Of a DNA stretch of 64,000 nt, positions 1 through 12,721 are shown piece by piece. This stretch comes from the human T2T-CHM13v2.0 reference genome, Homo sapiens. Location of the stretch: assembly GCF_009914755.1 (NCBI RefSeq), contig NC_060931.1; one strand, 5' to 3'. The notes under the pieces were generated by a model. The model ran no database searches. It saw only the letters and a program-made list of their open reading frames with translations, and was not told where the DNA came from. Position 1 is the first letter of the stretch. Each line of letters begins with the position of its first letter. The position numbers were made by a program, and so were the translations under genes.

Positions 1-1395
1 TGCATTTCTATGGTATCAGTTGTAATGTCTTTTTCATTTCTGATTGTGTTTATTTGGATCTTCTTTCTTCTTGGTTAATCTAGCTAGTGGTTTATCAATT
101 TTGTCTATCTTTTCAAATAATCAGCTTTTACTTTCATTGATCCAAAGAACTAATATATGAACTTTTAGTTTCATTGATCCTTTGTAAATTTTTTGTCTCT
201 GTTTCATTTAGTTCTGCTCTGATCTTTATTTTTTCTTTTCTGCTAACTTTGGATTTGGTTTGTTCCTTTTCTAATTCCTTGAGGTGCAATGTTAGGTTGT
301 TAATTTGTGATCTTTCTACTTTTTTGATGTAGGCATTTAATGCTATAAACTTCCCTCTTAGCACTTCTTTTGCTGTAACCTGCAGGATTTAGTACAATGT
401 GTTTTTGCATTCATTTCAAAGATGTTTTTAATTTGTCTTAATTTCTTCATTGACCCAGTAGTTGTTCAGGAGCATGCTGTTTAATTTCCATTATCTGTAT
501 AGTTTCCAAAGTTCCTCTTGGTATTGATTTCTAGTTTTATTCCACTGTGGTCTGAGAAGATACTTGATATAATTTCAATTTTTAAAAAGTTTGTTAAAAC
601 TTCTTTTGTGGCCTTACATGTGATCTATCTTGGAGAATGTTCCATGTGCTGACAAAAATAATGTATATTCTGTAGTTGTTGGGTAGAATGTTTTATAAGT
701 CCATTTGGTCTAAAGTTCAATTTAAGTACAATGTTTCTTTGTTAATTTTCTGTCCCAATGATCTGTCTAGTGTTGTGAGTGGAGTGTTAAAAGTCCCCTA
801 CAGTTATTGTATTGCTGTCTACCTCTTTCTTTAGTGATATTTGTTTTGTTAATCTGGGTGCTTCAATGTTGGGTACATATATATTTAGGACTATTATATC
901 GTCTTGCTGAATTTATCCCTACATCATTATACAATGACCTTATCTTTTTTCTTACTATTTTTAATTTAAAGTCATCTGTTTTATCAGATATAAGTATAGC
1001 TATGCCTGCTTGCTTTTGGTTTATAATTACATGGAATATCTTTTTCCACCCCTTTGTTTTCAGTCTATATGTCTTTATGGGTAAGGTTAGTTTCTTGTAA
1101 GCAGCATGGATCATGTTTTTTCATCCACTCTGCCAATCTGTATCTTTTAAGTGGAGCATTTAATCCATTTACATTCAAGGTTAATATGGATCTGTGAGAC
1201 TTTGTTTCTGTTATATTGTTTATTGTTTTCAGGTTGTTTTATAGACTCTTTGTCTTTGCCTTTTTGACTTTGTGTTTTGATGAAACTCTGTCATGTTGCT
1301 ATTTGATTCCTTTCTCTTCCTTTGTATGATTGTTTTATACAAACTATGAGTTTTATACTTCTGTATGTTTTTGTGATGGTGAATATCAACCTTTT

Positions 1396-1718
1396 GGCTG
1401 GGCATCGTGGCTCATGCCTTTAATCCCAGTGCTTTGGGATGCTAGGCAGGGGGATTAATTGATGCCAGGCAGGGGTATTAATTGATGGAAGGTGGTCAAG
1501 ACCAACCGGGGCAAAATAGCAAGATCTTGTCTCTACAAAAAAATTAAAAATTAACCGGGCATGGTGGCACATGTCTGTATTTCTAGCTACTCAAAAGGCT
1601 GAGGCAGGAAGATTGCTTGAGCCCACGAGGTCAAGGCTGCAATGAACTGTGATTGCACTACTGTATTCCAGGTTGAGTGACAAAGCAAGACCCTCTATCA
1701 AAAATAATTAATTAAAAA
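1396..1718 (+). mobile_element. Alu (diverged, AluJ-like) inserted in the L1
   Basis: GGCTGGGCATCGTGGCTCATGCC start, A-rich linker, right arm and A-rich tail. Confidence 0.85.
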
Positions 1719-2618
1719 CACCATTCATTTCAGTGTTTAAGATCCTTTTGAGCATTTCCTGTAGTACCAGTCTAGTGGTGACAAATTCCCTCAGCATTTG
1801 CTTGTATGGGAAGGACTTTATTTCTCCTTTTATAAAGCTTATTCTGGCAGGATACAAAATTCTTGGCTGACAGACACACTGTTTTTTTTTTTCCCTTTAG
1901 CACTTTGAAAATGCCATCCCATTGTTTTCTGGCATGTAAGAATTCTGCTGAAAAGTCCTCAATTGGTCTGATGAGATTTGGGATTTCCTTTATAGGTGAC
2001 TAGTCACTTTTGCTAATTTTAAAATTCTTTCTTTCACTTGACTTCAGACATTTTGAATATGCCATGGTGAGGTCCTTTTGCAATGTATTTTCCTGGGGAT
2101 CACTGGGCCTCCTGTATCTGGATGTCTATTTCTTTAAATATGTTTTCTAAACTTTCTAATCTCTCTTCCCCCTCAGAAATACCAATAATTCATAAGTTCA
2201 GTTGCTTCTTGCAGTCCCAGACATCTCAAAGGCTTTATTCATTCTTTTTTATCCTTTTTTCCTCATTTTTGTCTGACTGGATTATTTCAAAAGTCCTGTC
2301 TTCGAGTTCTGAGATTCTTTCTTCTGCTTGGTGTAGTCTACTGTTGAAGTTTTTGAGCATATGGTGTATTTCCTTCAATGAATTTTTTAGTTCCAGAATT
2401 TCTGCTTGTTTTTATTTAAGATGTCTATCTCCTTGATAAATTTCTCATTTATATCCTGGATTAATTTTCTGATTTCTTTGTATTAGTTTTCAGATTTCTC
2501 TTGCACTTCATTGAGCTTCTTTAAAATCAATATTTTGAATTCTTTATCTAGCATTTTGAAGAATTCTCTTTGATTGGGATCTGCTGCTGCTGGACAGCTG
2601 TTGTGGTTCTTTGATGAT

Positions 2619-2972
2619 TGTTACGGTTTGACTGTGTCCCCACCCAAATCTCAACTTGAATTGTAGCTCCCATAATTCCCACATGTTGTGAGAGGGGACG
2701 CCAGGGGAGGTAACTGAATCATGGGGGCTGGTCTTTCCCATGCTATTCTCGTGATAGTGAATAAGTCTCATGAGAACCGATGGGTTCATCAGGGTTTCTG
2801 CTTTTGCTTCCTCCTCATTTTCTCTTGCCACCACCATATAAGAAGTGTGTTTCACCTCCTGCCAGGATTCTGAGGCCTCCCTAGCCATGTGGAACTGTAA
2901 GTCCAATTAAACCTCTTTTTCTTCCCAGTCTCAGGTATGTCTTTATCAGCAGTGTGAAAATGGACTAATACA
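2619..2972 (+). mobile_element. THE1/MST-type MaLR solo LTR inserted in the L1
   Basis: TG..CA ends; TGTGTCCCCACCCAAATCTC...GTGTGAAAATGGACTAATACA typical of THE1/MST; near-perfect 5-bp TSD ATGAT/ATGGT. Confidence 0.85.
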
Positions 2973-3569
2973 ATGGTGTCATGTTTCTCTGCTTTTACAT
3001 GTTTCCTGTATCCTTCCATTGATTTCTTTGCGTCTGGTGTAGCAGTTGCTTGTTCCAATTTTTTGAAATTGCTTTTATAAGGGAGAATTTTTTCCTGAGG
3101 ATATATGCATGTTGTTAAGATGCTTTGACTTTGATTTTGGATGCCTGCAGTCGTGTGATCTTTCTATGACTTCTTCGGCATAGGGTCAGTGTTCTCTGTG
3201 ATTTCCTCAGTGGGATAGAGTATGGTAATTAGCTGAGACTAAGTCCCCAGAAGTTTAGCTGGGACTTGGATGCCAACTGAGCAGCCTTTGGACCCCAGTG
3301 GTGGCAACAGTGGGGTAAGTGTGCCCTTTTTAGGCCCCACAGCAGCTTACGCTGCTCTGGTGGTTAGTGGGTCTTGGAGGGCTGATTCTTGGGCCTCCAC
3401 ATGGCTTGCTTAGAAGCTAGTAGTGGGAGTGGTGAGCCCAGTGTGTGGGCATGATCTCTAGCCCCTGAGCAGGTGGTGTCATGTGAGTGATGGCAGTAGC
3501 ACTGTTGAAGCAGCCAACTGGGATCCAAGCAGTCCATGTTGGTGTTGCTGGAAGCTGTGATGGGTTGGG

Positions 3570-4730
3570 TGAGCTACTCCCCAGTCTCACAGCCACCTGT
3601 AGCAGGGTGGTGGGCACTGTTCTAAGTGTGCTTAGGAGAGCTTGGTCTTCCCTGTCCCTTTCCTACCAGGGTGGCAGCTGCAGCCACATTGCCTGATTGT
3701 TAATTCAGACTGGTTGTGAATCAGCATTAAACTCTCAAAATGGTGCCAGCTGTGGGCTTGTGAACAGAGAAGGTGGGGCCCCTATCAGGTGAGCAGCATG
3801 GTCAAGAAGCTGTAGGGAGGGTGGTCTACTTGAGTCTCGGTCTCACAGCAACCCGTAGCAGGCACTGGGTATTGTCCTAGGTATGTGCGGGAGAGCATAG
3901 ATTCCTTGTTTCTCCTTGACTGGGCAGCAGCTTCAGCCACATCAAGTTGAACTCAGCAAGAAGGTGGGGCACAGCCCAGCATTAAACTCTCAAAATGGCA
4001 CCTTGGGCCTGTGACCAGGAGGGCAGGGGTCCCTCCAGGCAGGCAGCATGGGCAAGAAGCTGTAGGGAAGGCAGTCTGCTCACATTTCAGTCTCAACAGC
4101 AGCATGTTGCAGAGCAGTGGGTATTGACCTAGATGTGCATAGGACAGCCTGATTTCCCTGTTAATCCTTGGCTGGGTGGCAGCTACAGCTGCACCAGCCC
4201 AATCTCAGTTCCAGGGAGGGGTGCTGCCCAACATTAAACTCTCAAAATAGCACCTGGAGCCTGAGACCAGAGAGGGAGGAGCACCTCACAAGTAAGCAGC
4301 ATTGGCAACAAGCTGTGGAACACACAGGATGGCCACATCTCGGTCTCACAGCAGCCCATGGCAGGGCAGGGGGTCTTGTCCTAGATATGTGTAGGATGGC
4401 CTGATTTCCCTATCCTTCCTTAGCCAAGAGGCAGCTACAGCCTCATCAGCCCAAACTCAGGCTGGGAGGGGAATGCAGCCCAGCATTAAACTCTCAAAAT
4501 GCTACCTTGGGCCTGGGATCAGAGAGTGTCCCTCCCAGACAAGCAGTGTGGAAAAGAAGCTGTGGGGAGGGGTGTCTACTCACATCTGTCTCAATAGCAG
4601 CCCACAGCAGGGCAGCAGACCCTCCCAGGGGTGCATGGGAGCACCTGCTCTCCCGTCTCCCTCCTTGAAGCAGCTCGGCAGCAAGAGCCATGTCTGTAGA
4701 GTCCCAGTATCTAGGCTCTCAAAATGGCAC
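3570..4730. repeat. Diverged ~253-bp tandem array within the L1 5' region
   Basis: CAGCATTAAACTCTCAAAAT(G)-like motif recurs at 3722, 3977, ~4229, 4481 and partially ~4716; flanking segments are also similar between units. Confidence 0.75.
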
Positions 4731-7700
4731 CCTGCTGAGGCTGCTCCAGGTTCAGATGCATGTGAGATTTTGTATTGGTTTCCTTTCTGGAGCAATGCCT
4801 CTGTGCAATGTTTAGGCAGCTCCGAATGTCAGGCCCAGGCCCTGGCCCAGTGGGTCGAGGTTTCCTTCCGTGGCCAAGATTATAAAAGTTTGTTTTGGAG
4901 CCCTAGGGGGTTCTCTCTTACTGTTTCCCCACATCAGGAGCCTCTCCCGACTCTCAGTCGGTTCCCAGCTGGGCAAGCTGCCTCGAATCCTCTCCTTACT
5001 TCTCATGTTTCCCATATCTTTTCTGGTTTATCCTAGCATTCTCTCCTAGACAATCTGTTCAAAATGGATCCACTTACTATTCTGGTTTCTCACCATGGTG
5101 GAGGCACATACTACCTGTGTTTAGATAGCCATCTTGATCCTTTCGAAAATTTACTCTTTCAATAAGAACCTGACAAATACATAATTTAGAATTAAATGAT
5201 ACAATATTTGTGTCTCTTTCAGCCGCCATCCCATTCTCCCTTATTAGTATGAAAATGTTAGAGGTGCTTAAACCAACAAAAAAGCTGCCTTAAATTAATC
5301 TCCTGAGAATACTTTCCTTCTATTTCCCTAACTAGGAATTTGTATCGCCTTTAAGCAGAAATCATCTCCCTCCTAAGGCCCTGCTCAGGCTGTAACTCTT
5401 GAGTGACAGTGGTCAAGTTACATGCTGACCTGGAATCTAAATCTGCATCTTGTTCCAGAGGACCTAGTGCAGCAAAGCATTATACTTTACTGTCACAACT
5501 AAGATGGCAAAAGGCTAACAGCCTTTATTTTTAAAGGGTTCATACAGACCAACAAACAAAAACTGAAACTCAAAATTATTTTTAAAATAGCAAAAGAACT
5601 GACAGCACTTCACAAAAGAAGAAATACAGATGGTCAACAAACACTTGAAAATGTTAAACTTTACTTATTATGAAGAAAAACTATCAATGATTCATCATTT
5701 GTCATTATCAAAGAATAAAAGACTCAAGAATATGCAATACTGGGGAGGATGGGATGAGACAGGCACTCTCTGAAACTGCTGGTGGAAACATAAGTTGATT
5801 CACAAAAATATTCACCATAGCATTCATAGCATTATAAAATAATGTTACAAAGCATCTATGTATAAACTATAAACTATGATACAGCTATATGCAGCCCTTA
5901 ATGTTTAGGAACCATTTCTAGTTCACATAGAATGATGTTCACAAAGTGGGATACAAACATATATATTTATGTAATCCCAACAGTGTAAAACAATAGTGTA
6001 AAAAGAAGTGTGCTGTTCAGAGTGGTTATTTCTACGACCTGAAGTATAGATGACTTTTAGTCTTTTCTCTGCACTTTCATGTATTTTCTAGTTTCCTACA
6101 ATCAGCATGTGTTATTATAAACAGGAAAAGGTTTATCTAAAAATGGCCACAGTGACTCAGCAGTCTCCCCTTTGCCCTCTGAAGGAAACACTGGCTTATC
6201 ATTAAAGGACATTTAAAAGCTCATTGTGGTGGAAGTGTCATTACCAGGATTGTTTAAGAAAAGAAAAACAAAAACCAGGGAAGGCCCATGGGGAAGTAGA
6301 GAAGAGTGTCATGGGGTTTCCAACCAAAGATCCATATGCTGTCACTGCAAAATGTTTAGGGAAAGAAGCGAGGACTGACTTCCACCCTCTCCATACACAA
6401 GTTCCTGAATTCTGTCCATAGTTCAACAGAAAGCATGGATGGGCCATGCCAGCACTGTGCTGAGCATGCATACGACATTAAACACAACCCTCCCTCAGGC
6501 AGCTCTGCTGTCCTAAGATGTGTAACCAGGATTCGTACATGAAAGAACTCAGGGAGCCTATGTAGCATTTTCATTCGCTCATTTAAAAAAAAAAAAACAA
6601 AAAAAAGAGCCCCTACTGTGTATCAAAATAACAAAACTGAAGACTGTTCCTCAGAGACATGACACTAGAGTGGAGAATAAATCCTAATTTATAGCTAAAC
6701 CAGAGTGTGGGCTGAAGGAGCCCAGGAATGCTCTTGCTGCATGGATCAGATTTAGAGAAGCAGAAAGTAGAGTAGGACTCTAGGAGCTGGGGGGTGGCTG
6801 AGGATGGGCAGATGGGAATGTATTCATACACAGCCTGAGCAGCTGAGCAGGTGCTGGACTGCACAAGGCAAGAGGGGAAGCTGGGCCTCACCAGAGAATT
6901 CCAAGTTCAAGTTCCAAGTCGCACCAGATGATGGCGAGCCTCATAAGAGCTGGGACTGAATATAAAAAGGTGAGAGGCCACCACCTTCTCCACATGCCTG
7001 GTCCTGGGCTTCTTGGCTCGTTTTGTTTTGCTCTACATTAAAAGGTCAGTTGAGAGAAAATGAGGAAGTCAAAACAAAGGCTCCTGGCGTCTGGCAGGAG
7101 CTGCCGCAAGGTGGCTGATGCAATCTCCCCGAGGAGCCACATTAATTTTTAAAAAGGCAGCTGTTTTCAAAGCAAAACGTTTAATAATTTTTTTTGGAAC
7201 CCCAGTGTAACAGAATTCAAATGGGAAAAGTGAGAGGGAGTGTTTAAACAAAGGCATCCCCAAGTCCCTTCCCAGTTGGTCCTGAACAATGGAGGAGGTC
7301 AAACCTTCTTTTCCACAGCATGATGGTATAAATCAGGGAAGTCCTGGAAATCTATTCCACACCCTAAAATACCCAAACCCATTAAAAGCACAGATATAGG
7401 CTTTTACAAACATTTACTAAATAAGCAAAACCATACAAAATATGTTCCCGTCGGCAATTTTTCCCATACCATGGACTCAAATGGTTAAAACTCCTTATCA
7501 TCCCAGACTAATGCCACCTTTTCAATTCCCAATAATTCCTTCCGTAACAAGCATCATTGCTCCAAGAATCTCTCAACTACATTCAAACCCGAGTCTTCAG
7601 ACCCTTGGCCCTCTGGGACCTCCAGAGCCTTTGACAGTGCCACCCAAGGCAGCAGCCAGGGCTTCTGCTGGGACAGCCCCTCACTCCTCCACTCTGACTG

Positions 7701-8268
7701 TCCCCACTGGGCTTCTCTGGAGCAGAAGCCACGGGCAGAACTGGGCAGACTGCCCAGTGCTGCTGAGTCCAGAGAAGCGGCATCTGAGGGGAGGCGGTGG
7801 CAGTGTGGACCCCACCCTTACTGTATTCACAGGCCCCAGCTCTCCATCAGCCAGCCTGCCCAGGTCTCTGCCAAAGAAGTCGCTGGTCAATCTTCATTCT
7901 CATTTTTGGCATACACCTAGGTCCTTTGAATGGAGCTGCCCTCTCTCTCAGCCTGTTCCATGTTCTTTATTTTCCCCACTTGGTCCCTTTCTGTAACAAA
8001 TGCAGTGTGTAGAATGAGACAGACCTTCCAGTCAGCTCTGGGAAAGAGGAGGGAGCTGTTCCCCCAGAGGGGTCCCCTCAGAAACTGATCATCAGGGCTG
8101 TGTAGCCTTCAGGTCCCTTCCCAGGGCCACGACTCATTTTGCTGCTGAACACCACCTGGGACTCCCTGCTGGGGCTTCCAGGAGGCCATTTGGTATCATG
8201 GCCCCAGTACCTTGTGCCTCACAAAGCTTGAAGCTCTGTGTTCCTAGTCACTTCCTGGTGAATGCTGT

Positions 8269-8619
8269 TGTATTAGTCCATTTTCATACTGCTATGAAGA
8301 GATACCCAGTAATTTGAAAAGAAAAAGAGGTTTAATGGACTCATAGTTCCACATGGTTAGGGAGGCCTCACAATCATGGTGAAAGGCAAAGGAAGAGCAA
8401 AAGCACATCTTACATGGCAGCAGGCAAGAGAACATGTGCAGGGGAAATGCCCTTTATAAAACCATCAGATATCATGAGACTCACTACCATGAGTACAGTA
8501 TGGGGGAAACCCACCCCCATGATCCAATTACCTCCCACTGGGTCCCTCCCACAATGTGGGGATTATGGGAGCTATAATTCAAGATGAGATTTGGGTAGGG
8601 ACACAGCCAAACCATATCA
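8269..8619 (-). mobile_element. THE1/MST-type MaLR solo LTR
   Basis: TGTATTAGTCCATTTTCATACTGCT...GAGATTTGGGTAGGGACACAGCCAAACCATATCA, reverse complement of the element type at 2619-2972. Confidence 0.85.
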
Positions 8620-9064
8620 GCCGAACCTTATCCCATACTGGAAAATACACATATGTAAAATACAGTGTGCAGACCACTGTTTCAGAGACCAACTGGACAA
8701 AGCCCTTCTGATTTAAAACGGAGTGAAAAGAATTTTTTAAAAGAGTATAACAAAGTGGGCACTTTTATATACAATTAGAGGGACTATGATTAGCAAATTT
8801 TCTGTAGGCCAGTTAGGCAGTATTTAGCAAGATCACTAAAAGATATTTCTACCCTTGATCCAATGATTGCACTTATAGGTAGATCACCTGAGAAAAATCA
8901 GATTCCAAACACGATTCACACAGCGTCTTCACTTATAATGGTGAAAAGTGGAAACAATTTGTCTAGTAATAGTGTAATGGATGATCCCACATGAACTATT
9001 GCACAGCCATTGATCATGTTTTTGAAGAATATTTAACAGCTTTGAAAAATGTTTACTAAATCTA

Positions 9065-9536
<472 letters not shown>

Positions 9537-10204
9537 TCATACTACCATTGTCAGGAAAAAATATGTATTAGTTTTTAAAGTAATGAGTATATGATGGGAT
9601 TTCATCACCAGGTGACATCTTGTCTTGACCCAGTAATGAGTTCCCAGAGCACTGCAGGTAAAATCAGAGTGGGTGTGTCAGTGGTCCTTGACCCAGGCTC
9701 ACCTTCGAATGAGCTTCAGAGCTTCAGAAACACACCAGTGCCCAGCCCGAAGCACATAAGTTGAGCTCTGATTGATCTGTGGCCCAGCAATGGGTAGTTC
9801 TTACAGCTCCCCAGGTGGTTGTCTTGGCAGCTGTGGTGAAAACCAATAGCTTCCTCCACCTTCAGGTCTCCATTAAGGGTGGGCCTTGCCCTTCACCTCA
9901 GTCAAAACCCACCTTCAAAAAAGATCTGAGAAATCCCCTCACTAATGTTTCCAATGGCTTGTTGTATTTGGACTGGAGCAAAGCCTTTGGCTAAAGAGCA
10001 CTTCACTCAGTTTAAGATGTTTCACACTTTCAAAGCTGCTTGGGAGAGACTTTTCCTCCTGACCTCAAATCAGAGGGCAGCTAATGACTTATTTGCAAAT
10101 AGGTCCTGGCAGGAGGTTACCTCAGACTTCTGGTCCTTGGTGGAGGGCAGGGTAGGAGGGAAACTTGCCATGAGTTTGTAAGAAATGCCAAAGGGAGAAC
10201 ATGA

Positions 10205-10849
<645 letters not shown>

Positions 10850-11694
10850 AGGCTTACGTGATTGCAAGGGTTCAGTTCCAACCATGGTCAGAGGTGGCAC
10901 ATCTGCTCAGCCATCTCATTTTACAGCTAACGCTGATCTCCAGCTCCAGCGATGGAACCCACTACAGAGGAGGTGGGGCCCCTGTGTCAAAGAGGCCGAG
11001 GGGCAGCAAGGGCAGCCAGGGCACCTGTGACTTCTTAGTACAAGATTGTCTGTCCTTCAGGACTTCCAAGGCTCCCAAAGACTCCCTAAACCATGCAGCT
11101 CATTGTCACACCAATTCCTGCTTTAATTAATGGATCTGAGCAAATCTTCCTCTAGCTTCAGGAGGGTGGGGAGGGAGTGATTGCTGTCATGGGGCCAGAC
11201 TTCCAGGCTGATTTGCCAAATGCCAAAATGAAACCTAGCAAAGAACTTACGGCAACAAACGAGGACATTAAAAGAGCGAGCACCTCAGTGTCTCTGGGGA
11301 CATGGTTAAGGAGCTTCCACTCAGCCCACCATAGTGAGTGGGCCGCCATAAGCCATCACTGGAACTCCAACCCCAGAGGTCCAGGAGTGATCTCTGAGTG
11401 ACTCAACAAAGACAGGACACATGGGGTACAAAGACAAGGCTTGACTGCTTCAAAGCTTCCCTGGACCTGAAGCCAGACAGGGCAGAGGCGTCCGCTGACA
11501 AATCACTCCCATGATGAGACCCTGGAGGACTCCAAATCCTCGCTGTGAACAGGACTGGACGGTTGCGCACAAACAAACGCTGCCACCCTCCACTTCCCAA
11601 CCCAGAACTTGGAAAGACATTAGCACAACTTACGCATTGGGGAATTGTGTGTATTTTCTAGCACTTGTGTATTGGAAAACCTGTATGGCAGTGA

Positions 11695-11700
11695 TTTATT
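11695..11700 (-). terminator. CYREN: Probable CYREN polyadenylation signal (AATAAA on - strand)
   Basis: TTTATT on + at 11695-11700, ~760 nt downstream of the CYREN stop codon. Confidence 0.65.
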
Positions 11701-12460
11701 CATATATTCCTGTCCAAAGCCACACTGAAAACAGAGGCAGAGACATGTACTCTGGTGTGATCTCTTGTCCTCAGTGTCTCTTCTGGGCTCCTGTCCCTCT
11801 TGCTTTATAGCTAGCTGCCCGGAGACCAAGGTACAGGTGAAAGCAAGGTAGCAGCTTGCGGGAGGAGGCCTGTCTGGCTTACCAGTCTATACACTGTGGC
11901 CTCAACCTCCCAGACAGGGCAGAGAACTGTGGGCAGCTCGTTTGCTTTCTAGGCTGGCTGGAGAGGTGGGAGCTCATTGATAGACTCATGATGGAAACTA
12001 TTTTTGAAACAGGCTTCCTCCTTCAGGAGAGATCATGCGGACTAAACTGTAGCAATTCCAGTGCACCTGGCAGTGATCCTTTTCTTTGCAAAGTACTGTC
12101 TCTTTGGTTCCAGTAAGTTGGACCACCACATGACATCATTTTCCCTGGAACCTGGTCACTGACTAACACAGACAATTGGGACTCCAGAGCCTCAAGAGCC
12201 AGGAGAGGGCACAGTACATACAGAGGGAGTCAAATGGGATCTCATTTTGAGTCCTGCCTTCCGCACACTCAGAACGGCAGCCCCAAGGCCCGGAGTGTCC
12301 AGGGGCTTCTGGCCTGAGGTGAATCTGCCAGGCCCAAGAAGGCACAAAGGTAGGAGCACAGAGAGCCCCATTCCCACAGGCGGGCGGCCCAGCAGCACCA
12401 GTGGAAGCTCAGCTGTCCTCCAGCTGCTCTCGGCAGACAGTTCAGTGCACAGTTTATGCC

Positions 12461-12721
12461 CTAGCTGAAAAAGATCTCCCGGACGTATTTCAGCACATCC
12501 TCTTCCTCCTCCTCCTCAGGGCTCCTGCTACAGGCAGAGCTGGAACCCCCCGGCCTCTGGGAAGGGCTGAGGCCTGGAGCCAGTGCCTGTTTCCCACTGT
12601 CCTCTTCCTCACTGCTGCTCCCAGAACTTGTGTGAGGCGACACGGAGCAGGGAGGGGAGTGCTCTGGGTTATCAGCCCCCGCCAGGGCCGGCTGCTCGCA
12701 GGCCTTTTCCTGTTTGCGGCT
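12461..12721 (-). CDS. CYREN: CYREN last coding exon (SRKQEKACE...VREIFFS*)
   Basis: Acceptor TACTCCACAG|AGC at 12721; stop TAG ends at 12461. Confidence 0.93.
   Translation of the reverse strand, partial: SRKQEKACEQPALAGADNPEHSPPCSVSPHTSSGSSSEEEDSGKQALAPGLSPSQRPGGSSSACSRSPEEEEEEDVLKYVREIFFS

Larger units (their letters stand above)
1..5140 (-). mobile_element. Degenerate old LINE-1 (5'UTR, ORF1 and 5' part of ORF2), antisense; runs off the left window edge
   Basis: ORF 134-364(-) [29 protein letters not shown] and ORF 863-1114(-) YRLKTKGWKKIFH..QKQAGIAILISDK are L1 ORF2p/endonuclease-like. T-rich + strand; GC-richer 5'UTR-like part at ~3200-5100. Right boundary approximate. Confidence 0.85.

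Noticed and set aside
4473-5036. 187-aa ORF
   Set aside because: Lies in the L1 5' region on the opposite strand to the element; no domain signal
7442-7996. 184-aa Pro/Ser-rich ORF upstream of the TMEM140 coding exon
   Set aside because: No recognisable motif or splice context; cannot be supported from sequence alone
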